Virus record (IMG/VR): IMGVR_UViG_3300003320_000620
Coordinates: 24,095 to 88,094 of that record
DNA: 64,000 nt
Strand: one strand, 5' to 3'
Origin: a virus
Lineage: Duplodnaviria > Caudoviricetes
The translations under genes and the position numbers were made by a program. The notes under the pieces are model-generated. The model had not been told where the DNA came from. It did no database searches and worked only from the letters and a program-made list of their open reading frames with translations. Of the stretch, positions 25,741-35,253 are shown piece after piece. Position 1 is the stretch's first letter. The number at the start of each line of letters is the position of its first letter.

Positions 25741-26412
25741 ATGGCTCAGCCTGTCTTCTATCAAACCGTAAATAACGTGGGCGTAGACCCTACTGTCTAC
25801 TACGCCGTTTCGGCGTCTGTGACGCCTGAATACCCCGCACCACCGTTTCTTGTTGGTACCCGTGCCTTCGGAAGTGATGGTTCTGAGTTTGTCTTCGTTC
25901 AAGCTTCTACTACCATTAACCCTACTGACTTTGTAATGCTTAATATGGGTTCTACTGGTGGTGGTTCCTATCAGGCAAACTCCATAACCAATACGAACGT
26001 AGTAAGTTCTTTGGGGGTTGGACTTGCCTCTACCGGCCTTGTTCTGCGTCAATCAGTGACGTACATCCCTGCAGGTGCGTACTTTTGGGCGTGCACGAAA
26101 GGCCAATATCTGCCTGCTACTACCTCTGCTGGCTTGGCCAGCAACGCTGGTGGTGTTGCTCTCTATACGTCGGCCACTGCCGGTGTGCTAACTTCGGTCA
26201 CAACCAGCTCTTCTACAGCAGCTGCTCTTGCAGGCATCATCTGCATCAACTCACTGACGGTTAGCATTCCGTCATCTATTGTACCCGGTGCTGGTGCTAC
26301 AGCGTCCAATGGCTACACGGTTGGCCCAGTTGTCAACCTTAACAGCCCCCGAACCATAGTGCTGACGTCCTTGACGTTTGCTACTCTGTCCTTACCTGTG
26401 TTTTCGTTCTAA
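25741..26412 (+). CDS. Capsid decoration/minor head protein (putative)
   Basis: Follows the capsid locus; GTRAFGSDGSEFVFVQA and AYFW motifs; very S/T/A-rich. Confidence 0.65.
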   Translation: MAQPVFYQTVNNVGVDPTVYYAVSASVTPEYPAPPFLVGTRAFGSDGSEFVFVQASTTINPTDFVMLNMGSTGGGSYQANSITNTNVVSSLGVGLASTGLVLRQSVTYIPAGAYFWACTKGQYLPATTSAGLASNAGGVALYTSATAGVLTSVTTSSSTAAALAGIICINSLTVSIPSSIVPGAGATASNGYTVGPVVNLNSPRTIVLTSLTFATLSLPVFSF

Positions 26413-26421
26413 ACACGACGA

Positions 26422-26459
26422 AGGGAAGGGAGAAATCCCTTCCCTCTAACAAGAGGGAA
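26422..26459 (+). promoter_or_regulatory. Two mutually exclusive hairpins in the intergenic gap
   Basis: AGGGAAGGGA-GAAA-TCCCTTCCCT versus TTCCCTCT-AACA-AGAGGGAA. Confidence 0.5.
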
Positions 26460-26498
26460 AAATGGCTGCTGCTATCTGGATAAGGGGTGGTAATTGAA

Positions 26499-27431
26499 AT
26501 GGTTGCTGAAGTACCAAATCTTTATGCTGGTGAGTCGGCAAATCTTCCTCCAATAACCGTTTATGATGAAACTGGTGAAGATCCAGTTAAGCATCCAATA
26601 AAATTTAAGCTGAAAAGGCCAGATGGAGCTGATGGTGTTGAGAGGGATCAAACGCATGATGCTGCAAGTCACATGCGTTATGCAGCCACGCTCGGCTTAC
26701 CAGAACTAACCAAGCGTCAAGTTCCACGGTTAGGAAGGGCTGTAATTGTTGGAGGTGGCCCTTCCATAAAAGGTGAGATTGAAACAATACGATCTTTAGC
26801 TGCCGATAAGAACAATGCTGTTTTTGCAGTAAATTGGACGCACACGTGGTTGTTACAAAACGGCATAACGCCTAGGGGATGCGTCTTTTTTGAAATAGAC
26901 GCAGAGCCTGACACTGTTCTGGAATCGGCTCATCCAGATGTTACCTATTTCATCTGTTCCCACTGTCACGAAAAAACATTCGACATGCTTGCAGGAAAAA
27001 AGCGTGTCTTATGGCACTCACCACCAAATTCTGATCCTGAAAGGGTGGTCGCTGAGGAACTGTTTCAAAGTTCTGAGCATGTAGGTGGAGGGATCAGCAC
27101 CTTCACACGCACAATGTCCATTGCTCTGTACCTCGGGTACAGGCATTTTGACCTTTTTGGTTGTGACAGTAGCTTTCCTGAAGAAGAGGGAACTCATGTT
27201 GACGGCTACCAGACTGTTATGGATGCAAAAGTGGATGGGATGTTTGTTTACGCTAGGTCCCTCACCACTGGGCAGGTAAGACGTTTTAGAACTTTGGGGT
27301 ATCTAGCTCTTCAGGCAGAAGAGTTCAAAATCTATTGTGAGCAGAACCATCAACACTTTTCATTAAGAGTCTATGGGGATACCTTGCTTCGTTATATTCA
27401 CAAAGAAACTTACCCAGATCAATATGAGTGA
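26499..27431 (+). CDS. Maf/DUF115-family nonulosonate glycosyltransferase-like protein 1
   Basis: AVIVGGGPSI, AVNWTH.WL, S.C, GG.ST...A.YLGYR.F.LFGCDSSF. Confidence 0.75.
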   Translation: MVAEVPNLYAGESANLPPITVYDETGEDPVKHPIKFKLKRPDGADGVERDQTHDAASHMRYAATLGLPELTKRQVPRLGRAVIVGGGPSIKGEIETIRSLAADKNNAVFAVNWTHTWLLQNGITPRGCVFFEIDAEPDTVLESAHPDVTYFICSHCHEKTFDMLAGKKRVLWHSPPNSDPERVVAEELFQSSEHVGGGISTFTRTMSIALYLGYRHFDLFGCDSSFPEEEGTHVDGYQTVMDAKVDGMFVYARSLTTGQVRRFRTLGYLALQAEEFKIYCEQNHQHFSLRVYGDTLLRYIHKETYPDQYE

Positions 27432-28248
27432 AGTTCAGCCTGTAAGATTCTTTAAGATAAATGCAGCATCCAAATTACCAGACGATATATTTGACAATCT
27501 GGTTGCTGCATCAAAACTTCCAATTTTGCATCTTAGGCAATTTCCCGAACACTCAGGAAGGGCTGTAATTGTTGGCGGTGCCCCCAGCGTTGAAAAATAT
27601 TATCCACGCATTTGGCAGCTTATGGCCAACAAGAAGAAAAGCACGCTCTTCTCAATAAATTGCATGCACCGTTGGCTTGTTGAGCGTAATCTAAGGCCCA
27701 ATATCCATGTTGTCTTTGAAGAGGATATTGATCCTACTGTTGTGATAGGGAAGCCGTGCCATAAGACAGCTTACTACATAAGCTCACACTGTCCTCCAAA
27801 GCTTTTTGACTACTTCAAGGGGCACAAAACCGTACTTTGGCATTTCTATGCTGAGGAGCTTAAGTACCAGTCAGCCATAGCTGCCTTATTTCCAAGTGAG
27901 CCGATGATTGCTGGTGGCTACACCACGCTTTTTCGCGCCATAAACATAGCTATTGTGCTGGGCTACAGGAAATTTGATCTTTTTGGAGTTGATAGTTCCT
28001 TTGAAAATGATGATAATCAGCACATAGAGGGATACCCTACAAAGCCAAGCAACGTAGGTTTGGCTGATGTGTGGTGGGGCGAGCGTAAGTTTAGAACTAC
28101 TGGCGCGCTTGCGTTTCAGGCCGAGATGATTCGGCGCTTTTGTAAAGAAAACAGAGGTAAAATTCAATTCAGCGTATATGGCAGTGGATTGCTGCCGTAC
28201 ATGCTCGAAACTGAACCAAAGGAGGTTCAAAGTGAATCTAGCAAGTAA
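27424..28248 (+). CDS. Maf/DUF115-family nonulosonate glycosyltransferase-like protein 2
   Basis: AVIVGGAPSV, SINCMH.WL, SHCPP, GG.TT..RAI.IA..LGYRKF.LFGVDSSF. Confidence 0.75.
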   Translation: MSEVQPVRFFKINAASKLPDDIFDNLVAASKLPILHLRQFPEHSGRAVIVGGAPSVEKYYPRIWQLMANKKKSTLFSINCMHRWLVERNLRPNIHVVFEEDIDPTVVIGKPCHKTAYYISSHCPPKLFDYFKGHKTVLWHFYAEELKYQSAIAALFPSEPMIAGGYTTLFRAINIAIVLGYRKFDLFGVDSSFENDDNQHIEGYPTKPSNVGLADVWWGERKFRTTGALAFQAEMIRRFCKENRGKIQFSVYGSGLLPYMLETEPKEVQSESSK

Positions 28249-28627
28249 CCTTATGGGCTTCGGCATGCCGCCGTTGCTGGCTCAGGAAATTGGGACCGTA
28301 GGCTCCCTAACCATTACTGCAGCTGGCACTTCGTATACCGCATCTACCAAAATTGGTGCGAACCAGTATGTCGTAAGCTGCAGTAATGGTGACAGCACCA
28401 AATCTGTCGGCTTGCCGACAATTGGTGGTGACAGTGGCGCATCGCCTGCTGATGACTTTTGGATCAACAACGCAGGTACCGATTCTTTCGTTCTGCGTGC
28501 CTCAACTGGTGTTCTGCTCAGTGCAGGTGGCACTTCCGGTGACAGCAAGATTGTTATTGGCCCAGGCAGCACAATTCTTATGATGCCGGTGTCCTCTACA
28601 CTTTGGATGGGTTGCAAAGGCGGCTAA
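28232..28627 (+). CDS. Small S/T/G-rich virion-type protein
   Basis: GTG start with AGGAGG RBS; LMG.GMPPLLA..IG N-terminus, beta-rich. Confidence 0.6.
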   Translation: MNLASNLMGFGMPPLLAQEIGTVGSLTITAAGTSYTASTKIGANQYVVSCSNGDSTKSVGLPTIGGDSGASPADDFWINNAGTDSFVLRASTGVLLSAGGTSGDSKIVIGPGSTILMMPVSSTLWMGCKGG

Positions 28628-28645
28628 GAGCTTGCAGGCGGTGGG

Positions 28646-29536
28646 GTGTGCGTGCTTAAGTTCCTTCACTCCAGTCAAACAGCCCAGTGGCGATCTTACC
28701 TATTCAGATTGCCGCCTGGGCTGTTAGACATTCACTTCTACCCTGAAATGGTGATGCCCTATGAGAAGGCCGGAATGGGTCAGGGCATGCTCGCTGTCAT
28801 AGATCAGGGCAGAGATTTCTTAATTCAGCCTTTTTTGCAGCTAAATAATGGCGATGGAAACCTTCGCCATCCGTACAATTTTGGCGGACCTATAGCCACA
28901 GAAGAGTTTGAGCTTAAGAAAGTAAACGTAAATTCAATCTCTACTTTCAACCCATTTCTTTGGGTAAGACAACAACAGCTTGTCAAGCACAGAGCTGTAC
29001 ACATAAAGAACGTTGTTTGGATTGATCTAACAAAGCCCTTAGATTTAAGGCAGACAACAAGGCATTCAGTTGAAAAGGCTGAGGCGTCTGGAGTCACTGT
29101 AGAATTGGTTGAACCAACCAGCGAAAACATCGAGGTTTTCTCACGTCTTTACGTCGAACATATGCAAGCAGTGGATGCTGCAGAGCATTTTAGGTTTCCT
29201 AAGGTGTGGTTTGAGGCTTTTTTCAGCAGTCTAGGTAAGTCAATGTCATCTTTACTGTTTGCAAAGCATAAGGATGAAGTTGTAGGGGCCTGCATTCTGT
29301 TGCATGACGACAACACCTGTTACTACCACTTCGCTGTCAGCAAAAGAACCCCTGTAGGCATTGCCGCACGTATGGTTGTCAGTGCAGTTGGTTTTGCTAA
29401 GGAAAAAAATCACTGCAGGCGTTTGCATCTAGGCGGCGGGGTTGAACCAACAGACGGTCTCTACAGGTTCAAAGCTGGATTCTCTGACCTGAGGGCGCCT
29501 GTCTTCAGACATGAGTGCAAAAGAAATGTCAATTGA
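28646..29536 (+). CDS. FemAB-like GNAT acyltransferase
   Basis: R..R.S..KA...GV, YYHF, LHLGGG, GLYRFKAGF. Confidence 0.8.
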   Translation: MCVLKFLHSSQTAQWRSYLFRLPPGLLDIHFYPEMVMPYEKAGMGQGMLAVIDQGRDFLIQPFLQLNNGDGNLRHPYNFGGPIATEEFELKKVNVNSISTFNPFLWVRQQQLVKHRAVHIKNVVWIDLTKPLDLRQTTRHSVEKAEASGVTVELVEPTSENIEVFSRLYVEHMQAVDAAEHFRFPKVWFEAFFSSLGKSMSSLLFAKHKDEVVGACILLHDDNTCYYHFAVSKRTPVGIAARMVVSAVGFAKEKNHCRRLHLGGGVEPTDGLYRFKAGFSDLRAPVFRHECKRNVN

Positions 29537-30341
29537 AATCATCAGCGAAGCAGGTTTGAACCATCTAGGTAAATTGGATATTGCCAAACAGATGGTAGTG
29601 GCTGCTAAAGCAGCAGGCTCAGATATAGTAAAGTTCCAGACTTATTTAGCTAATAACATCTGCCATCCTGAAGATAGAAACTTCAAACTGCTTTGTGACC
29701 TCGCCCTATCAAGGGCAGAAACTATTCAATTGGCTAAATTCTGCGAAGGCACTGACATAGAATTTATGTCAACCCCAGGGGATGTAGATAGCCTTAAGTT
29801 TCTGACGCAGGAAGTTGGGGTAAAAAGGATAAAGATAGGTTCTGATGACCTGACGTTCACACCTTTGCTTGTGGCAGCATCTGACAGCGGCCTTCCAATA
29901 ATTCTCAGTACAGGAATGGCCAATATTGAAGAGATTGGGGGGGCGATTGCCGTTATTGGTGGGGTGGAGCTGACGCTTTTACACTGTGTCAGCCTCTACC
30001 CCTGCCATTATTCTTTGGCCAATCTCAATGCAATTGACACACTACGTCAATTTGAGCTTCCTGTTGGCTATTCAGACCATGTACCAGGGTTCTGGGCTTG
30101 TGTTGCCGCAGTTTCTAAAGGCGTCACAGTCATAGAGAAACATTTCAAGCTGCGAAATGTGATTGGTTGTGTTGACGAGGTAGTTTCAATAAACGAACTT
30201 GAGCTAATGAACATGATCAATCATATAAGAATGACCGAAGAAATGCTTGGAACTGGTAACAAAGAACCTTCTCCTGAGGAGGTCTTAAATATAAACAAGT
30301 TGCGTAAGCAGGCTGACGGGAAAAGAGGTATTCAGAAATGA
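29526..30341 (+). CDS. neuB: Nonulosonate synthase (NeuB/LegI family), no C-terminal SAF domain
   Basis: IISEAGLNHLG, VKFQTY, FMSTP.D, KIGS.D, ILSTGMA, LLHCVS.YP, GYSDH, IEKHF. Confidence 0.95.
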   Translation: MSIEIISEAGLNHLGKLDIAKQMVVAAKAAGSDIVKFQTYLANNICHPEDRNFKLLCDLALSRAETIQLAKFCEGTDIEFMSTPGDVDSLKFLTQEVGVKRIKIGSDDLTFTPLLVAASDSGLPIILSTGMANIEEIGGAIAVIGGVELTLLHCVSLYPCHYSLANLNAIDTLRQFELPVGYSDHVPGFWACVAAVSKGVTVIEKHFKLRNVIGCVDEVVSINELELMNMINHIRMTEEMLGTGNKEPSPEEVLNINKLRKQADGKRGIQK

Positions 30342-30970
30342 CGGTTATGGGTTTGATCCCTGCACGCTATGGGTCTCAAAGGATTCCACGCAAAAACATC
30401 GCTGACCTTGGCGGTATTCCGTTAATCCAGTGGACAATTAATGCTGCTAAAGCAAGTGGTATCTTTGATGTCTTAGCAATTAGCACTGACGACAGTGAAG
30501 TTGCTGAAATTGCGAAGCTAAACAACTGCCTGCTCATAGAACGGCCAAAGGAACTGGCTAGAGCTGAAACTGAGATGCTGCCAGTTGTCAAACATGCTAG
30601 AAAAGCTGTTCCTTTGGCTGAAGCAATAGTGCTTCTTCAGCCTACTTCGCCATTTAGAACAGCAGAAGATGTAAAGCTTTCCTACCAACAACTAAAAACC
30701 TATAAGGCAGATTCAATAGTGTCTGTTGTGTCTGCGCCTCAGGCTTTAGCCTTTGAGGTAGGCCACGCCCAAAGGCTCCGTGAAGCTAAGAACATTGTGG
30801 TGCCAAACGGCGCCCTCTACCTGATAACCACAGAACATCTGGATTCTGGCGGCGATTGGTATGATGGCTATGCCTATGCGTATGTAATGCCAAAGGAACG
30901 TTCAATTGATATTGACGTTCATTTCGATCTAGAAATGGCTAGATTGATGTTGGCACAGAGGGCTGCATGA
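30338..30970 (+). CDS. neuA: CMP-nonulosonate synthetase (NeuA/LegF family)
   Basis: IPAR.GS.RIPRKN, STD..E, RP.ELA, LLQPTSPFR, NGALY, SIDID...D. Confidence 0.95.
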   Translation: MTVMGLIPARYGSQRIPRKNIADLGGIPLIQWTINAAKASGIFDVLAISTDDSEVAEIAKLNNCLLIERPKELARAETEMLPVVKHARKAVPLAEAIVLLQPTSPFRTAEDVKLSYQQLKTYKADSIVSVVSAPQALAFEVGHAQRLREAKNIVVPNGALYLITTEHLDSGGDWYDGYAYAYVMPKERSIDIDVHFDLEMARLMLAQRAA

Positions 30971-31512
30971 GAGTTCTTGTAGCTTGTGAATTTAGTGGAA
31001 GAGTTAGAGATGCTTTTATAGCAAGAGGACATGAAGCCGTATCATGTGACTTACTACCTTCAGAATCTGAAGGCCCGCATTACCAGTGTGATGTAAGAGA
31101 CGTTTTAGATGAGAAATGGGATTTGATGATTTGTCATCCACCATGCACTTATTTGGCTGTTTCGGGAGCGAGGTGGTTTAAGTTTAGGCAAGATGAGCAA
31201 TGTCGGGCTCTGGACTTTGTGAAGTTGTTACTGACTGCAAAAGTTGAAAAAATTGCCCTAGAAAACCCAATATCAATTATCTCTACAAGGATAAGAAAGC
31301 CAGATCAAATAGTACATCCGTGGATGTTTGGGCATGGTGAAACTAAAGCGACTTGCCTTTGGTTGAAGAATTTACCCTTGTTAAGGCCGACAAAAGTAGT
31401 TTCCGGCAGAGAACAAAAAGTTCATAGGATGCCCCCAAGTAAAGAACGGTGGAAGGATCGTTCAAGAACGTATGCTGGAATAGCTGAAGCTATGAGCATT
31501 CAATGGGGATAG
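30967..31512 (+). CDS. Short DNA cytosine-methyltransferase-like protein
   Basis: VLVACE.SG.VR.AF, SCDL, HPPCT, ENP, QP..FGH.E.K.T.LWL, RS.T..GIA.AM. Confidence 0.7.
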   Translation: MRVLVACEFSGRVRDAFIARGHEAVSCDLLPSESEGPHYQCDVRDVLDEKWDLMICHPPCTYLAVSGARWFKFRQDEQCRALDFVKLLLTAKVEKIALENPISIISTRIRKPDQIVHPWMFGHGETKATCLWLKNLPLLRPTKVVSGREQKVHRMPPSKERWKDRSRTYAGIAEAMSIQWG

Positions 31513-31513
31513 C

Positions 31514-32650
31514 ATGAGCGTTGAGAGCGTAGTAAAGACAATAAGCAGTGTCACCTTGGGGCCGAAAGGCCACCATGATCCTTCTTTTGGCGAACTTGAA
31601 AGCGACTATGTTACCCGTTGTCTAAAGGCAAATGGACAGGGTGACTTTTGGCGCCTTAACCTAGAAAAGAAAATTGGTAATTATTGCCAAGTGCCTTTTG
31701 TTGTTCCAACAAATTCAGGAACAGCAGCCCTGCATGTTGGATTAGCAGCTGCAGGTGTAAAGCCTAACGAGGAAGTGCTTGTTCCAAGCCTTACTTTTGT
31801 TGGTACGGCAAACGCTGTTTGCTATGTGGGCGCTATTCCTCATTTTATTGACTGTCTGCTAGTTCTTAGCGGGTATACATTAAGGAAATACCTAGAAAAA
31901 AACACAAAGCCAACTGAGGATGGTAGAGGACGGTTGAATCCTACAACAAATAGGGTAATATCAGCGGTCATAGCTGTTGATCTTTTGGGTTTTCCAGCAG
32001 AATTAAACGAGCTTGAGGAAGTAGCTGAGGACTTTGGCCTTTGTTTGATTGAAGATGCAGCCCAAGCCTTCGGCTCATCTATTGGTGACCGCAAGTGCGG
32101 TAGCTTTGGGAAAGCTGCTATTTTAAGTTTCAATAGTAATAAGATTGTAACTGGACATGGTGGTGGTGCTCTACTGACCAAGGACGAATCTATAGCTGCT
32201 AGGGCCAGGGCCTTATCCAACACAGCACGAACTGACCACCCCTGGCGCATAGAACACGTAGAACTAGCCTTCAATTACAGAATGTCTTCATTAACTGCTG
32301 CTTTGATTTGTGCTCAAATTGACCGGATTGATTCTTTTCTTGAGGCAAAGAAAATTATACTGGAAAAGTATGTAAACGCCTTAGTACATGAGAACGACGT
32401 TTCAGTTCTACGGTATGCCAACTCAATCTATAAGCCGAACTACTGGCTAGCCACAATCCTATCAAATTCAAGAAGCGAGTTGCTCAACTCCTTGCATAAG
32501 AAAGGAATCAAGGCTAGGGCACTTTTCACGCCGCTGCACAGTCTCCCTGCTTTTGATGGTTTTCCTCATGAAGAGGATATGTGTGGTACCAAGTTTTGCT
32601 ATAAGAACTACGTGTGCTTACCTTCTGGTGTATCAATAGCATGGCAATAG
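31514..32650 (+). CDS. legC: PLP-dependent sugar aminotransferase (DegT/LegC family)
   Basis: NSGTAALH, PSLTFV.TANA, IEDAAQA.GS, SFN.NKI.T..GGG, FNYRM, NYWL. Confidence 0.88.
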   Translation: MSVESVVKTISSVTLGPKGHHDPSFGELESDYVTRCLKANGQGDFWRLNLEKKIGNYCQVPFVVPTNSGTAALHVGLAAAGVKPNEEVLVPSLTFVGTANAVCYVGAIPHFIDCLLVLSGYTLRKYLEKNTKPTEDGRGRLNPTTNRVISAVIAVDLLGFPAELNELEEVAEDFGLCLIEDAAQAFGSSIGDRKCGSFGKAAILSFNSNKIVTGHGGGALLTKDESIAARARALSNTARTDHPWRIEHVELAFNYRMSSLTAALICAQIDRIDSFLEAKKIILEKYVNALVHENDVSVLRYANSIYKPNYWLATILSNSRSELLNSLHKKGIKARALFTPLHSLPAFDGFPHEEDMCGTKFCYKNYVCLPSGVSIAWQ

Positions 32651-33672
32651 TGGTCGTTTCCGGCAGTAGAGCAGACAAAGGGCCTCTGTCACCTGTAGTA
32701 GCTGCTCTAAGGGCTCAGTGGTTGTTTCTAGAAACAGCTTACAATGCAGACGGGCATCAATGTGCTGTTTCGTGTAGTGTTGCTATGGCTCAAGCAGCCA
32801 ATGCTTTCGACAAGCTAAAGCCAGAACTAGTCATACTTCTTGGTGACAGGTATGAAATTCTGGCTGCAGCTACAGCTGCTCATCTAATGAACATCCCAAT
32901 AGCTCATTTGAGTGGTGGGGACGTTACTGAAGGCTCACAAGACGATTCTATGCGGCATGCAATTACGAAATTGTCGCATCTTCATTTTGCTACTTGCTAT
33001 CAAAGTGCGTCTAGAATCATAGCTATGGGGGAAGAACGCTGGCGTGTTTACGACGTAGGCTGCCCTGGCATTGACGGCCTGCTAAATACCGTTTTATTGG
33101 GTCGTGAAGCCACTCTACGTCAGCTTAATCTAGCTGAGCCTTACTACCTAGTGGCTTTTCAACCAGCCACCCTGCTGCCCGATCCAGCTGACGAGGCCAG
33201 GGCTTTAGTCAAAGCCCTGAAGTTCTTTCAAACTCCATGCATTTTTACTACCCTAAACACAGACATAGGCAGCCTTGATATTGAGGACCTTTTCAAGAGC
33301 TTTTGTAAGGAAGACGGCAAAAGCCAAATCTTGTCAATGTCTAGGCAGCTTTTCCTTTCAGCTATGAAACACAGTCATTTGATGATCGGGAATTCATCAT
33401 CTGGCCTGTACGAAGCACCAACTCTACAAAAAGCTTTTGTCAATGTTGGCGTTAGACAGCAGGGTAGAACCAAGGCTAGATCAGTAATTGACTGCCCTGC
33501 TGAGACAGCAGCTATCATCAAAGCTGTGCAACGAGCGTCGACTCTAGATTGTTCAAATGTTACGAACCCCTATGGTGATGGGAACACGGCAAAACGCATT
33601 GAGACAATCATTAAGGCATTACCCGTAGATAAACAGCGCTTGTTGCATAAGAAATTAAGCTACGTTGCATGA
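32641..33672 (+). CDS. neuC: Hydrolysing NDP-sugar 2-epimerase (NeuC/LegG family)
   Basis: GSRAD, LLGDRYE, HLSGGD.TEG..DD..RHAITKLSHLHF, IGNSSSG..EAP, RQ.GR, PYGDG. Confidence 0.93.
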   Translation: MAIVVVSGSRADKGPLSPVVAALRAQWLFLETAYNADGHQCAVSCSVAMAQAANAFDKLKPELVILLGDRYEILAAATAAHLMNIPIAHLSGGDVTEGSQDDSMRHAITKLSHLHFATCYQSASRIIAMGEERWRVYDVGCPGIDGLLNTVLLGREATLRQLNLAEPYYLVAFQPATLLPDPADEARALVKALKFFQTPCIFTTLNTDIGSLDIEDLFKSFCKEDGKSQILSMSRQLFLSAMKHSHLMIGNSSSGLYEAPTLQKAFVNVGVRQQGRTKARSVIDCPAETAAIIKAVQRASTLDCSNVTNPYGDGNTAKRIETIIKALPVDKQRLLHKKLSYVA

Positions 33673-34283
33673 ACATAATTTGGGATAAGGTTCATTCTGA
33701 ACGGGAATGGGGTATCTACCCAAACGAACATCTAGTCCGTTGGGCTTGTGGCAGGTTCAAGACAGGCGCTCAGCAAAAGGTACTAGATTTAGGTTGTGGT
33801 CAGGGGTCATCTACGTTGTTTTTGGCTAGAGAAGGTTTTGACGTCTCAGCCATAGATTTTAGCCATAACGCTGTTGCGAAATGTAACAAACGCTTAAGGG
33901 CAGAAAAGCTTAAAGCTCGTGTTTTTGTTGGCGAAATGATGCTGCTACCGTTTCAGAGCGGCTATTTCGACGGAGTTGTGGACGTTGTGTCTTCGGCTCA
34001 TAATACAAAGGCACACATAGAGCTTATCTACAAGGAAGCGGCTAGGGTACTGAAGGTAAACGGCACACTGTTCTTGATTACGCCAACCAACAGTTGCTCC
34101 AGGCGCCCTTTTATGGAATATGGTACGATCAGTTTCATGGAATCTGAGGAAATAAAGCATATCCTCGAAAAGAACTTTACGAATATAAAGATTCGCCATA
34201 CATCTTACGAAATTGATGATGGTTGCGAAGTCAGGAATTGGGTTGTAACTGCTGACCGCAAGGCGGCACAAGGAGAAGGTTAA
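33669..34283 (+). CDS. Class I SAM-dependent methyltransferase
   Basis: YP.E.LVR, VLDLGCGQG, AIDFS, FDGVVD. Confidence 0.85.
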   Translation: MNIIWDKVHSEREWGIYPNEHLVRWACGRFKTGAQQKVLDLGCGQGSSTLFLAREGFDVSAIDFSHNAVAKCNKRLRAEKLKARVFVGEMMLLPFQSGYFDGVVDVVSSAHNTKAHIELIYKEAARVLKVNGTLFLITPTNSCSRRPFMEYGTISFMESEEIKHILEKNFTNIKIRHTSYEIDDGCEVRNWVVTADRKAAQGEG

Positions 34284-35062
34284 TGGTTGACGAGTATGGC
34301 TTGGCCAATTCTGGCCAGATTCAGTGGCAGGGTGATTGGGGAGGCGTCGTTCAAGTCGAACGAAATAACAACATGGCCATTTTCTTCAATAAGGCTGTGC
34401 ATAACCCAGCCAAATCTGCAGAAAGTGGGCATCCTTTCTACGACAACGTAGTTTTTGTGCGCATCGCACCCCCTGGTGAACGCCTTAATATTGTAGAGCG
34501 GCCTGCCCGTGATGAAGACCGCCGACGTTTTGCCGTTCAATGGGCACAGTTTCAGCAAAATCAGGAACAGCTGCCAGAAGGCATGCCAATTGACCTGCTC
34601 TACCCAGAGCAGCCAGCTGTCGGCGCTACGTTAAGGGCACACGGCGTTTACACTGTAGAACAGTGCGCTGATCTATCAGTCAATGCCATAGAAACAATTG
34701 GCATGGGGGCTCAGCAGTACGTCAACGATGCCAAGCGCATGTTGGAAATGGCTAATGCCGGGGTCACGGCTGTTCAACATCGTAAAGCTCTGGAAGAGCG
34801 CGATCAAAAGATCAGATTGCTCGAAAATACTGTGGCACAATTGCAGCAGACAGTTGCACGCCTCGAAAGTCAGAACACTGCTGCCCCGAATATTCAACAG
34901 CTGGCACAGTTGCTCGCCAGTGTTCAGCAGCGCCCTGTGCATCTGCCAGAACAGGGTTTTGATGTGCAGACTACAACCATCAATGCCAATCACGCATCTG
35001 CGCTTGAAGCAGAGACCCGCAATCAGTCACAACGACAGCGCTCAAGAGCACGGGCTAGATAA
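34283..35062 (+). CDS. Phage head-region protein with coiled coil
   Basis: 259 aa; FV.I..PG...., RF...W..F and G..TVEQ.A.L motifs. Confidence 0.6.
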   Translation: MVDEYGLANSGQIQWQGDWGGVVQVERNNNMAIFFNKAVHNPAKSAESGHPFYDNVVFVRIAPPGERLNIVERPARDEDRRRFAVQWAQFQQNQEQLPEGMPIDLLYPEQPAVGATLRAHGVYTVEQCADLSVNAIETIGMGAQQYVNDAKRMLEMANAGVTAVQHRKALEERDQKIRLLENTVAQLQQTVARLESQNTAAPNIQQLAQLLASVQQRPVHLPEQGFDVQTTTINANHASALEAETRNQSQRQRSRARAR

Positions 35063-35253
35063 AAAGAATGGTATGGGCGATCGCTGTTATTTGCGTATCG
35101 TTATCATGTTCGCCCATACCTAAGATGGCTGGTTGGTTTTATTCTGAGCGTGATTGCGCAGAAGCTGCACACATGATTGCTCAATCATGGCAGCCAAAGA
35201 TTGGCTTATATGAGATAAAGTGCGTCCCTAGATCAGCAATCTAAGGGCAACGA

